From Thermoanaerobaculia bacterium (GTDB lineage Bacteria; Acidobacteriota; Thermoanaerobaculia; UBA5066): a DNA stretch of 64,000 nucleotides. Made by a program: the position numbers and the translations under genes. The stretch is from positions 96,001 to 160,000 of the forward strand of contig CAWFJJ010000005.1 of NCBI GenBank assembly GCA_963816185.1, read 5' to 3'. The notes under the pieces are model-generated. The model saw nothing but the letters and a program-made list of their open reading frames with translations, was not told where the DNA came from and ran no database searches. Positions 20,312 through 29,725 of the stretch are shown piece after piece. The first letter of the stretch is position 1; every line of letters begins with the position of its first letter.

Positions 20312-21140
20312 GCTTTCTTCGGAAAGATGCCCCGGCGCGCGTCGCGGACGATCCGCTTGGCTTCCTCGGAAAAGCTCTTCGAGATCATCCAGTCGAGGAA
20401 CCCCGGATGCTTTTCGGCGACCTCCTCGAGCGTCTTGCCCCGGTGCTCACTGAATGCGAAGACGATCTCGCCGTCCCGCCAGAGAAAGCGTTTGTCGGGG
20501 TCCGCGAACCGGCCCTCCTGGCGGCCTGGAAAGCTCGTGCAGCGCGGCGACGTCGCGGGGAAGGTCCGCATACCGACGGAGCTGCCCGGCGAGGACTTCC
20601 GCCGACGCGAGGGCGTCTGCGAGCGCGGAGTGCGCACCGTGTGTGCTCCCGGCCGGCGAAGAAACGCATGGCCGCGGCGAGGTCGCGCGGCTCCTTCTTG
20701 AAATAGATCGTCTGCATGTCCACGATGCGCCGGTTTTCGACCGGGAAGACCATGCTCGCGAGCTCGAACTCGCGCAGGAGCACGGGCACATCGAAGGAGC
20801 GCACGTTGTAACCCGCGAGGTCCGCGTCGCCGAAGAACTCGAGAACCCGGGCGGCGATCTCGGGAAACGCGGGCGCCCCGGCCACGTCGGCGTCCGAGAT
20901 GCCGTGGATGCGCGTGGATTCGCGCGGGATCTTGACTCCCGGGTTCACGCGGGACTCGAATGCGGCGACCGCGTCCCCCGGGCCGAACCTCAGAGCCGCG
21001 ATTTCCACGATCCGGTCCGTCAGACGGTCGGCGCCGGTCGTCTCGAGGTCGAAGACGACGAGCGGCCGCTCCCCGGAGAGCGCAGCGAGTGCCGCGAGGG
21101 TCTCGGGGGGAAGGGCGAGTTCGGTCACGCCCTGGATCAT
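20308..21140 (-). pseudogene. DEDDh 3'-5' exonuclease (DnaQ/epsilon-like), split by two frameshifts
   Basis: VFDLETTG and GYNVRSFD in frame 1; GAHSALAD (ExoIII) in frame 2; FSEHRGKTL..FLDWM in frame 3; shifts near 20640 and 20520. Confidence 0.8.
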
Positions 21141-21874
21141 GGCCCAGGAAAGGACAACGCGGGGGGCGGCGGCGCTTCCCAGGTCCAGGTCGTGCCTCGA
21201 GGCATTCCGGGAGGATCCGTCCAGACGAGGCGTGCCGCGTGCAGGAGCGGGGGAGGATCGCCGTCGGCCCGCCCGGGGTCGTACGCGGGGTCCCCGAGGA
21301 GCGGCGTACCGAGGGCGAGCAGGTGAATTCGAAGCTGGTGCATCCGACCCGTCTCGGGGACGAGCTCGACGAGAGCCGTCGCGCCGCGCGCCTCGAGCAC
21401 CCGGTAGCGCGTCGCGGCCGGCCGGCCGGCCGGATGAACGGCGGTCCGGCCGGGTGGAGGCAGAGGCGGAATTGCGAGCACGCGCCGGCCCGAAAGGAGG
21501 TGTCCCGCCCGCGAAGAGCCGTACGCCGCCACGACGGCGCGCTTCAGGAGATCCGGCCGCGACGTGCGGTGCTCGAGGAGCGGAGCGTCCACGCGCCCTT
21601 CGGGAGGATCGGGAACGCCTCTCGTGACGGCGACGTAGGTCTTCACGACGTGCGTCGGCCAGGCCGCGTGGGCGGCGCGAAGCGCGTCCGCGTCCCTCGC
21701 GAGGAGAAGGATGCCGGACGTCTCCTTGTCGAGCCTGTGGACGAGAGCGAGGTCCGCGCCGAGCTTCTCGCGGAGGGGGCCGAGAAGACCGCCACGGCCG
21801 TAAACCGCGGTTCCGGGCGGCTTGTCGATCGCGAGATAAGCGTCGGCCCCGGACGGGGACGGAAGGATCGTCAC
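21137..21874 (-). CDS. RluA-family RNA pseudouridine synthase
   Basis: IDKPPG, VHRLDKETSG, ETGRMHQLRIH, LGDPAY, LHA. Confidence 0.92.
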   Translation of the reverse strand: MTILPSPSGADAYLAIDKPPGTAVYGRGGLLGPLREKLGADLALVHRLDKETSGILLLARDADALRAAHAAWPTHVVKTYVAVTRGVPDPPEGRVDAPLLEHRTSRPDLLKRAVVAAYGSSRAGHLLSGRRVLAIPPLPPPGRTAVHPAGRPAATRYRVLEARGATALVELVPETGRMHQLRIHLLALGTPLLGDPAYDPGRADGDPPPLLHAARLVWTDPPGMPRGTTWTWEAPPPPALSFPGP

Positions 21875-22113
21875 GCGGTCTTGCGGAAGCGCAGCGCCGA
21901 GAGGATGACGGCGAGGCTGCCGACGATGTTCGCGGCCATGCCGATCACGATGGGCGCCTGGCGGAAGCGGATCCCGTAGAGGAAGTAGATCACCTGCCCG
22001 CCGAGAAACATCGCATACGTGAGTACGGAGACGTCCTCGGAGCTCCTTCGCCGCCAGATCCGCGCCGCCTGCGGCACGTAGGCCGCGCCGGTGGCGATCC
22101 CCACCACGGACAC
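21871..22113 (-). CDS. SemiSWEET / PQ-loop family transporter (start uncertain)
   Basis: YVPQAARIWRRRSSEDVS PQ-loop; three TM helices; the frame stays open upstream (FDAFLAWA). Confidence 0.8.
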   Translation of the reverse strand: MSVVGIATGAAYVPQAARIWRRRSSEDVSVLTYAMFLGGQVIYFLYGIRFRQAPIVIGMAANIVGSLAVILSALRFRKTA

Positions 22114-22159
22114 GGCCCAGGCGAGGAAGGCGTCGAAACCTCCCGGGCTCTCGATGACT

Positions 22160-22882
22160 CTACCTGCGGTTTCCGAAGAACCTGAGCATCATCAGGAAGA
22201 GGTTTATGAAGTCGAGATAGAGGGCGAGCGCACCCGAGATTGCGCCGCGCCGGCCAGCCTCGGAGGTGCCGTCCATCGCGAGAGCCATCGTCTTGAGCCT
22301 GCGCGTGTCGTAGGCCGTGAGGCCGACGAAGACGATGACGCCCACGCAGCTCACGACGAAGCCGAGCATGTCGGACCTCATGAAGATGTTCACCACGGAC
22401 GCGATGATCACCCCGATGAGGCCCATGAACGCGAAGGAGCCGAGGCCCTCGAGAGTCCGGTGCGTCGTGAGACCGTAAACGCTCATTGCCGCGAACGTGC
22501 CCGCCGCGACGAGGAACGTCGAGGCGATCGAGCCCGCGGTGAACGCGAAGAAGATCGCCGCGAGCGTCACGCCGTTCAGGGCGGAGTAAAGGAGAAAGAC
22601 GGCCGAGGCCGCGGCAGACGAGAGCTTCCCGACCATGCCGGACAGCCAGACAACGAGCCCGAGCTCCGCGAACAGAAGGCCGTAGAAGACGAGTTTGTTC
22701 CCGAAGACCGCGCGAAGCATGGTCTCGTTCGAGACTGTGAAGAGCGCCGCGCCTGCCGTGACGAGAAGACCCGTCGCCATCCAGCCGTAGACGCGGGCGA
22801 GAAAGCCGGGCACCGCGATCGACCCCGACGGGCTGATCGGGCGGGGAGAATCGAACGGTCGCGGCGGAAGCTCGGTGGGCAT
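22160..22882 (-). CDS. Bax inhibitor-1/YccA family membrane protein
   Basis: FLARVYGWM, GLTAYDT, ALALYLDFINLF. Confidence 0.93.
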   Translation of the reverse strand: MPTELPPRPFDSPRPISPSGSIAVPGFLARVYGWMATGLLVTAGAALFTVSNETMLRAVFGNKLVFYGLLFAELGLVVWLSGMVGKLSSAAASAVFLLYSALNGVTLAAIFFAFTAGSIASTFLVAAGTFAAMSVYGLTTHRTLEGLGSFAFMGLIGVIIASVVNIFMRSDMLGFVVSCVGVIVFVGLTAYDTRRLKTMALAMDGTSEAGRRGAISGALALYLDFINLFLMMLRFFGNRR

Positions 22883-22999
22883 GTGGGAATCTCCTCTCGA
22901 ACAGTCATCCTAACGCGCCGGGGTCAAGATCCATTCCCGGGAGGCGCCGCCGGAGGCTTCGGGCGTCAGGCTTCCGCGCGAGCAGCTTCACGCGGGTCG

Positions 23000-23425
23000 T
23001 CAGCCTTTGGCGCGGCGCGGCCAGAAGGCGTAAGCCAGACCAAGAATGCCGATGAACGGCATGATGCCGTCATTGAGCTCGAGCCCAGTCTCCAGGGCTG
23101 AGTTGCGCGGGTCGGCAGGGTTGTAGTGGACCGTCACCCGACTGCCGGGGGTGTATGCAGCGCTGATGCGGCGGGCTTTTGCTTCGGAACTCACGAGATT
23201 CCCACCGGGCCGGTAGCTGTGGCCGCGAAACGTCTGGCTTTGGATAATGTAGGTGTATTGCAACTCCACCCGCCAATTACGCCGGGTGGGCGTGACAGTC
23301 GAATTCTGCACGACTCCATCGATGGTCGGCCAAGAAGTCGAGGCGGCGTCTTCGTAAGCGATCCATGTGCCGACGATGACCCCGACGATTCCAGCAACGA
23401 GCGCCAACGCGCGCAGCTTGAGCAT
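23000..23425 (-). CDS. DUF3592-like membrane protein
   Basis: TM-WPTIDGVV...Y.PG..VTVHYNPADP..SAL-TM pattern; SD AGGAG; lower GC than neighbours. Confidence 0.8.
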   Translation of the reverse strand: MLKLRALALVAGIVGVIVGTWIAYEDAASTSWPTIDGVVQNSTVTPTRRNWRVELQYTYIIQSQTFRGHSYRPGGNLVSSEAKARRISAAYTPGSRVTVHYNPADPRNSALETGLELNDGIMPFIGILGLAYAFWPRRAKG

Positions 23426-23516
23426 CGCTTCTCCTTTTTGGTTCTCAGGATTGGTCGTAGGATGCGCAGCGAACTTGTCAGCACTTCTGACCGGGCAACG
23501 TCGTGCGAGGCGGGCC

Positions 23517-23987
23517 TCAGGCCGGAAGCTCGCTGATCTCGGCCGAGTCGATGAGTTCGATGCACCCCCTCACGCTCATGGCGCCGGGGCACCTCGTGAT
23601 GTACGTCTTGAGCGCCTCGCGCGCCTCGCCGGTCTTTCCCGGCGGGACCGAAAGCGTGTACTTAACGCGGATCCGGGTGATTCTCAGGACGCCGTCGACG
23701 TCCTCGATGTCGCCTTCGACGTCGGCGCGGTAGCGCTCCGAGAACGTGGGGATCTTGCTTCCGGCCAGCACCGTGGCCAGTGTCCCCATCATTCAACCCG
23801 CGACGGCGCCGACGATGTGATCGAGCGTCGCCGCGTGCTCCTTCTCGGGCTCGACCTTGTAGAAATTCTTGATCCCGCCGTGAACGCCGTAAAAGACGGG
23901 CTCCGCGAATCCTTCGATCAGAGCCTTTCGGGTCGGGCCCTTCTCCCGAGTGATGTGGATTCGGGACGTGTGCACGATCCTTCCCAT
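23517..23987 (-). CDS. OsmC/Ohr-family protein with in-frame UGA (probable selenocysteine at residue 65)
   Basis: ORFs 23793-23987 and 23517-23792 are contiguous in frame: VGAVAG-TGA-MMGTL; the UGA falls at the OsmC first-Cys position; second Cys in RCP; hairpin immediately downstream. Confidence 0.85.
23747..23788 (-). promoter_or_regulatory. Candidate bacterial SECIS element
   Basis: Upper stem CUGGCCA/UGGCCGG with loop CGGUGC starting 20 nt after the UGA; lower stem UGGGGA/UCCCCA. Confidence 0.65.
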
Positions 23988-24060
23988 GAGGTCCCTCCCC
24001 CCACGCGCAATGTTCCATACGCGTGGGGCCGAATCATCTCACCGGACCCGCTGGCGTTGG

Positions 24061-26184
24061 CTAGAACCGGAACGCGACCTCTCCCAGGAACCGCCGCGGC
24101 GAGGCCACGTAGAGCTGGCCGTCGCCGATCTCGCTGTCGGTGACGTAGTGGCGGTCGTCGCCGAGGTTGCGGCCGACGAGTGAAACGCGCCCCCACGAGA
24201 GCTCCCACGACACCCCGGCATCCCATTCATAGAAGGCGTCCGTGTAGAAGGTGTTTCGCCGTGTGAGGGGCCGGATGTTCTGGTGGCGCACGGCGCTCCA
24301 GAAGCCGAGGCCGGCCTTCGGCGCGTACGCGAGGCGGGCGTTCCAGAGGTCGCGCGGCACGAGCTCGAGGCGGTTGCCGTCCACGACGCGGAGCTGGCCG
24401 TCGGGCGTGAGGAACGAGAAGCTCACGTACGTCGCGTCGTGGTGGCCGTATCCGGCGGCCAGCGACCAGCCTTCGAGCTTCGGCAGCGCCCAGACGAGCT
24501 CGGCGTCCAGGCCCTGGAATCGCTCCTCGCCCGCGTTCGTAAGCTCGGGATGCCCGCTGGGACCGACCGTCGAGACGACGAGGTTCTCGAATTCCATGTG
24601 GAAGAGCGTGACATCGAAAGACAGCGCGCCCTGAGCCCAGCGCGTCTTGAGCCCGAGCTCGCCGGAGCGCGTGCGCTCAGGCTCCAGAATGCGCGCGCTC
24701 TCGGCCTCGAGGACGTTTGGGGCCGCGGGCTTGAAGTTGCTCTTGGCCGAGACGTAGACGTTCAGCGCGCTCAGGACGGAGGCCTGCGGTCTGTCCACGA
24801 TCCGGACGAGGGCCGCGGCGCCGCCCGACCACGCGCCGTCCGTCCGGCTGTCGGCGGCGACGTCGGGGGCTGCGGCGCCGACCTCAGCCACCGTCGCGTC
24901 GAGCGACTCCGAGGTCCGGTCGTAGCGCGCTCCGAACGTGAGCGTGAGAGCGCGGAGCGGCGTCCACTCGTCGTTCGCGTAGAAGCCCCAGAACGTCCGG
25001 CGGTCCTCCGCGGAGCGGTGATCGCCAACGGGGACCTCGTCGAGGGTCGGCACCACGGGATGCGGGCCGGTCAGGAGCGAGAAATCGAAACCCGTCCCAT
25101 CGAGTGTCGTCCGGCCCGAGGTGTACGCAATCCCGGCGACGAGCTTGTGGCGGCCGCCGGCCGTGAAATCGGCGACGATCCGAGCGTCGTCGAAGAGCGT
25201 CGTCTCGAGCGGCGTGAGCGACGTACCCGTCGCGGTGGCGGTCGTGCCGTCGCTCCCGGTGATGAACGAACGAACGGCGATCTGCTCGTCGCGCGCGAGG
25301 CCGAGCGTATTCTCGAAACGGACGGCGGCCGAGAGCGGCTGCGACACCGTCGAGGCGAGGGAATAGACGCGGTGGTCGAGCCGTCCGCCGCCGATCGCGT
25401 AGTTCCGATCGATCTCGAAGCCGGGCATGGGCTGGCCGGCGTCGACGGGAAGCGGCGACCCGAAGTAGCTCGTGTCACGAACGATGCCGAGCGTGACGTT
25501 CACGGACCCCTCTTTGGTGCGCTGGGTGAAGTCGAGGGAAAGTCGGTCGGCCGAGACGTCCGCCCGATCCTGCCAGCCCTTGTCGCGCGCCATCGAGCCG
25601 AAGAGGCGGATCGTCTCGTCGCCCTGTGAAGCCGTGACCGAGAGGTTGCCGTGCTTGTCCGAGAAGGACCCGCCGCCGAGAGTCAGCGCCCCTCCGGCGC
25701 CCTTCGGATGACGCGTGAAGACCTGGATCATGCCCGCGAACGCGGAGACGCCGTAGAGCGTCCCCTGTGGGCCCTTGACGATCTCGATGCGATCGACGTC
25801 CTCGACGGAAATTTGCGCGAGGGAGGGGTTGAAGGGACCTCCCACGGGGACGCCATCCACGGTGACGAGGAGGGCGTCGAACTCCTTCAGCCCCCACACT
25901 CCGATGTTCGGAAGCCGGCTGCCGGCATCGGACCCGTTGCCGGTGTCGAGGCCCGCGACGTCCTGGAGCGCCTCCGCGACGGTCTTGGCCCCATGCCGCC
26001 TCAGCTCGTCGCCTGAAACGACGGAGACGGGAGCCGCCACGTCGAGCGCGTCCTCTTCGGCCTTCGTCGCCGAGACGACCATCGTCGACGCCGTTCCGGT
26101 GCGCACGGGAACCTGAGCGACAACCGCCGTGTCGAGGGCGAGCGCGGAGCCAATGAACGCGAGCGCGGCGCGTGAAAACGACAT
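24061..26184 (-). CDS. TonB-dependent outer-membrane receptor
   Basis: Signal peptide, TonB box-like TMVVSAT, plug motif VDRIEIVKGPQGTLYG, beta-barrel, C-terminal Phe. Confidence 0.93.
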   Translation of the reverse strand: MSFSRAALAFIGSALALDTAVVAQVPVRTGTASTMVVSATKAEEDALDVAAPVSVVSGDELRRHGAKTVAEALQDVAGLDTGNGSDAGSRLPNIGVWGLKEFDALLVTVDGVPVGGPFNPSLAQISVEDVDRIEIVKGPQGTLYGVSAFAGMIQVFTRHPKGAGGALTLGGGSFSDKHGNLSVTASQGDETIRLFGSMARDKGWQDRADVSADRLSLDFTQRTKEGSVNVTLGIVRDTSYFGSPLPVDAGQPMPGFEIDRNYAIGGGRLDHRVYSLASTVSQPLSAAVRFENTLGLARDEQIAVRSFITGSDGTTATATGTSLTPLETTLFDDARIVADFTAGGRHKLVAGIAYTSGRTTLDGTGFDFSLLTGPHPVVPTLDEVPVGDHRSAEDRRTFWGFYANDEWTPLRALTLTFGARYDRTSESLDATVAEVGAAAPDVAADSRTDGAWSGGAAALVRIVDRPQASVLSALNVYVSAKSNFKPAAPNVLEAESARILEPERTRSGELGLKTRWAQGALSFDVTLFHMEFENLVVSTVGPSGHPELTNAGEERFQGLDAELVWALPKLEGWSLAAGYGHHDATYVSFSFLTPDGQLRVVDGNRLELVPRDLWNARLAYAPKAGLGFWSAVRHQNIRPLTRRNTFYTDAFYEWDAGVSWELSWGRVSLVGRNLGDDRHYVTDSEIGDGQLYVASPRRFLGEVAFRF

Positions 26185-26210
26185 GCGCCCATGTTAACTA
26201 AACTATCGAC
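26185..26210. promoter_or_regulatory. Back-to-back -10 elements (putative bidirectional leaderless promoter)
   Basis: TAAACT (+, 26199-26204) lies 6 nt before GTG 26211; TAACAT (-, 26196-26191) lies 6 nt before ATG 26184; no SD on either side. Confidence 0.6.
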
Positions 26211-27707
26211 GTGAGACTCGGCATCGACTTCGGGACCACGCACACCGTCGTCACGCTCGTGGACCGCGGGAACTATCCCGTCGTCTCGTTCGACGGCGGC
26301 GATTTCGTGCCTTCGCTCGTGGCGCTCCAGGAGAGGACGGGAGAACGGCGCTACGGGTGGGGCGCGTTCGGCGTGCGGCACGAGCCCGGCTGGACGGTCG
26401 TCCGGTCCTTCAAACGTGCGCTCGACGCCGCCGGGCCCCAGGCCCAGATCGCGATCGGCTCCTGGCGTCTGTCTCTTCTCGATCTGCTTTCGGGCTTTTT
26501 CTCCGCGCTCCACCGTGAGCTCGTCGAGCGATCGAACGCAGGGCTTACGGCCGACGAGTCGCTCCACGCGGCCGTATCCGTGCCCGCGAACGCGTCGACG
26601 GCCCAGCGCTTCCTGACGCTCGAGGCTTTCAAGGCCGGCGGCTTTGCGGTGGAGGCGCTCCTCAACGAGCCCTCGGCCGCGGGCTTCGAGTACGCGCACC
26701 GGTATCGGCGCTCGGATCCGAAGCGCGAGTACCTCATCGTCTACGACCTCGGGGGAGGCACGTTCGACGCCTCGCTCCTGAAGATGACAGGAAGGACGAA
26801 CGAGGTCGTCGCCACGAACGGCGTCCGCCGGCTCGGGGGCGACGATTTCGACGAGGCGATCCTCGCGCTCGTTCTGGACCGGGCCGCGGTTGGCGCGCTC
26901 GACGACGCGAACCGCGACGTCGTCCTCGAAGAGTGTGCGCGCCAGAAGGAGAACCTTTCCCCGAACACGCGCCGCGTCCTCGTGGACCTCACGGCGATCG
27001 GGAGAGAGCCGCTCGTCCTGTCCGCCGAGGAGATTTACGCCGCGTGCGCTCCGCTCGTCCAGCGCTCTGTGGAGGCGGTCGCGCCTGTCCTCGCGGGCGC
27101 CGATGGCGAAAAAGCGGTTGCCTGGAGCGAGGTCGCCGGGCTCTACGTCGTCGGCGGCGGCGGGCTTTTCCCGCTCGTGACGCGGGTTCTGAAGGAGCGG
27201 TTCGGCGAGAAGCGCGTTCGTCGCTCGCCGCATCCCTTTGCCGCGACGGCCATGGGGCTCGCGATCTTCCTCGATCGCGAGGCGGGCTGGATGCTCGAAG
27301 ACAGGCTTTCGCGGCACTTCGGCGTTTTCCGTGAGAGCGAGGCGGGGACGGACGTGGCGTTCGACTCGATCTTCCCGAAGGGAACGGCGCTGCCGGCGCC
27401 CGGCGCCGCCCCGCTCTCGGTCACGCGCCGCTACCGCGCCGCGCACAACGTAGGCCACTTCCGGTTTCTCGAATGCACCCGCCTCACGGGTGGCCGGCCG
27501 GACGGAGACGTCACGCCCTGGGACGAAGTGCTGTTCCCGTTCGAGCGCGGACTCAGGGGTCGCTCGCTCTCCACCGCGGACGTGAAGCGCCGCGTCGAAG
27601 GGCCCGAGGTCGTGGAAACCTACGCGCTCGGAAGCGAAGGGGCCGTCTCGATGACGGTCACGGACGCGTCGGACGGTTTCACGCGCACCTTCACGCTCCG
27701 GCGCTGA
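26211..27707 (+). CDS. Atypical Hsp70-family protein
   Basis: GIDFGTT, LLNEPSAA, YDLGGGTFD, LGGDDFD, VVGGG; short divergent C-terminal domain, no helical lid. Confidence 0.9.
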   Translation: MRLGIDFGTTHTVVTLVDRGNYPVVSFDGGDFVPSLVALQERTGERRYGWGAFGVRHEPGWTVVRSFKRALDAAGPQAQIAIGSWRLSLLDLLSGFFSALHRELVERSNAGLTADESLHAAVSVPANASTAQRFLTLEAFKAGGFAVEALLNEPSAAGFEYAHRYRRSDPKREYLIVYDLGGGTFDASLLKMTGRTNEVVATNGVRRLGGDDFDEAILALVLDRAAVGALDDANRDVVLEECARQKENLSPNTRRVLVDLTAIGREPLVLSAEEIYAACAPLVQRSVEAVAPVLAGADGEKAVAWSEVAGLYVVGGGGLFPLVTRVLKERFGEKRVRRSPHPFAATAMGLAIFLDREAGWMLEDRLSRHFGVFRESEAGTDVAFDSIFPKGTALPAPGAAPLSVTRRYRAAHNVGHFRFLECTRLTGGRPDGDVTPWDEVLFPFERGLRGRSLSTADVKRRVEGPEVVETYALGSEGAVSMTVTDASDGFTRTFTLRR

Positions 27708-29725
27708 CGGCGCCCTCGATCCTCAGGACGAGGAGCGTCCGGTCGTCCTCGGTGTCGGGGCGGTTCGTGAAGGCGCTCTGCACACGAAGGATGCGGTCCT
27801 TCAAGGCTGCGGCGCTTTGAGGCGGCTCGGCGCGCAGCACCTCCTCGAGGCGCGTGAACCCCCACGATTCGTCCGATGCCGCAGGCGTGGCCTCCACGAG
27901 TCCGTCCGAGAAGAGGACCCAGCAGTCGCCGGGCACGATCGGGGCCGTGACCGTGTGCCACCCGCCGGAAAGAGCCAGGCCGAGCGGGCGAGCGGGATTC
28001 GCCACGGCCTCGACCGCTCCGTCTCGGCCGATTCGGTACGGATACGGGTGTCCGGCGTTCGTGAAGGCCACCGTGCCGTTTGCAAGGTCGAAGACGAGAT
28101 GTTGGAGCGTGACGAACGTCCGCCGTTCGGTCGTCCGGACGATTTCCTCGTGGAGCAGCTCCATGAGCCTGACGCCGCCCGCTCCCGTCCGGGCCAGCAT
28201 GCCGAGGGACGCTTTCGCGGCCGCCATCACGAGCCCTGTCGGAAGACCGTGCCCCGACACGTCGGCCACACAGACCGTGAGCACCCGCTCCGCGTACGAC
28301 AGGTCGTAGAAGTCGCCGCCGATGGCGGCGGCAGGCGCGAAGTCCACGGCGATCTCGACGTCCGGGCACGCGAAGTCCGCGGGGGGAAGAAGGTGCCGCT
28401 GGAGGTCGCGCGCGACGGTGAGCTCGCGCTCGAGAGCCTCCTTCTCGGCGCGCGCCGCGACGCTCGCCGAGAGGCGCTCGACCATGTGGTTGAAGCTTTC
28501 GACGAGGGCCGCCAGCTGGTCGTGCCCTTTGAGAACGGCGCGGTGCGCGAAGTTGCCCTTCTCGATCTCGGAGAATCCCGCCGAGAGGCGGCGCGTCGCG
28601 CGCGCGATCCGATAGACGAGAATGCCGGCGAGGAGCGAGGCGCCCGCGAAGACGACGACGGTCGCGAATCCGAGCGCGCCCATGACGGCGAGGACGACGC
28701 GGCCCAGCTGGAGGCGCTCTGACCCGGCGATCCTGAGATCTCCGAAGAGCGCCCGCGACTCACGCTGAAGCGACGTTCGTACGAGAATGAGGACGGGGCC
28801 CTCGAGGGGCCGCCCGGTCTCCCAGTCGAGGACGGGCTCGGAGAGAAACAGCGGGAACGCGGTCCAGCGCGCAGACCACGGGCCCGAACCCGCGGGCGGC
28901 GCGGCTGTCTCGCCGGACGAGGCCTCCTCGCCGCCGGAGTCGGGCGCACCCGTGATGCTCGTCGTCGTGCCTTTCTTGCCCGGGTCGAAGGTGAAATGCA
29001 CGCGGCCCCTGGCCCTGTCGCCGGTCTCCTTCTTCACCTTGACGGTGCCGTGGAAGCGAATGACGTTGCCGGTCTCCTTCTCGAGCTCGCGGCGGAGTCC
29101 GGACTGGAGACGCAGGGTGAGGACGAGCGTGCCGGCAGGGCGCGGCTCGACGGCAGCCGCGAAGATGTGCGTTCCCGATTTCACGACGACGGATGTGCGC
29201 GACGTCATCCAGGGTCGTATCTCGAGGTCCGGGGCCGCTTGCGGTGCCGGCCGTCTCGACGGCCCCGCCCTTCGGCTGCCAGGCCATCCCGATCTCGGAC
29301 GACACCGGCGACGAAGCGATGGCTTCCGCGAAGGCACGCGCCCGCGCGCTCGCGTCCCGCGCGACCTCGAGGCGCGGCGCGAGGTCGTGCGTTCGCTCCG
29401 CAAGGGCGGCGCGCCATTTCTCGAGGGCGGTCTCGACGCGGCGCGTTCCGAGCTGCCCCGCGATGACGAGAAGGCCCGCGTAGAAGAAGAAGACCGCGAA
29501 GGCGACCGCCGAGAGGAGGAGGAGATACGAGACGGCGAGCCGGCTTCCGACGCGCCAGAGGAGACCGCGGAGGAGGTGCCGCGTCGCGCTGATCAAGAAG
29601 ACGGGAATTCCGAAGACGCAGAGCACGACGCCGAGCGCCCTGACGCCGTCCCATGGAACGGCGGCGAGGAGGACCCCTCCGAGGACGACGAGCCCGGAGA
29701 GCCGGAACGTCCGGGTCGTCTTCAT
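27691..29725 (-). pseudogene. Membrane HAMP + SpoIIE/PP2C phosphatase (RsbU-like), one frameshift near 29240
   Basis: N-terminal TM region in ORF 28760-29725; TM-HAMP, GGDFYD, ADVSGHG, NAGHP, SDGLVE, DDRT in ORF 27691-29403. Confidence 0.8.

Noticed and set aside
22905-22999. Integron attC site after the DUF3592-like gene
   Set aside because: No paired RYYYAAC/GTTRRRY boxes or extended palindrome in the correct orientation
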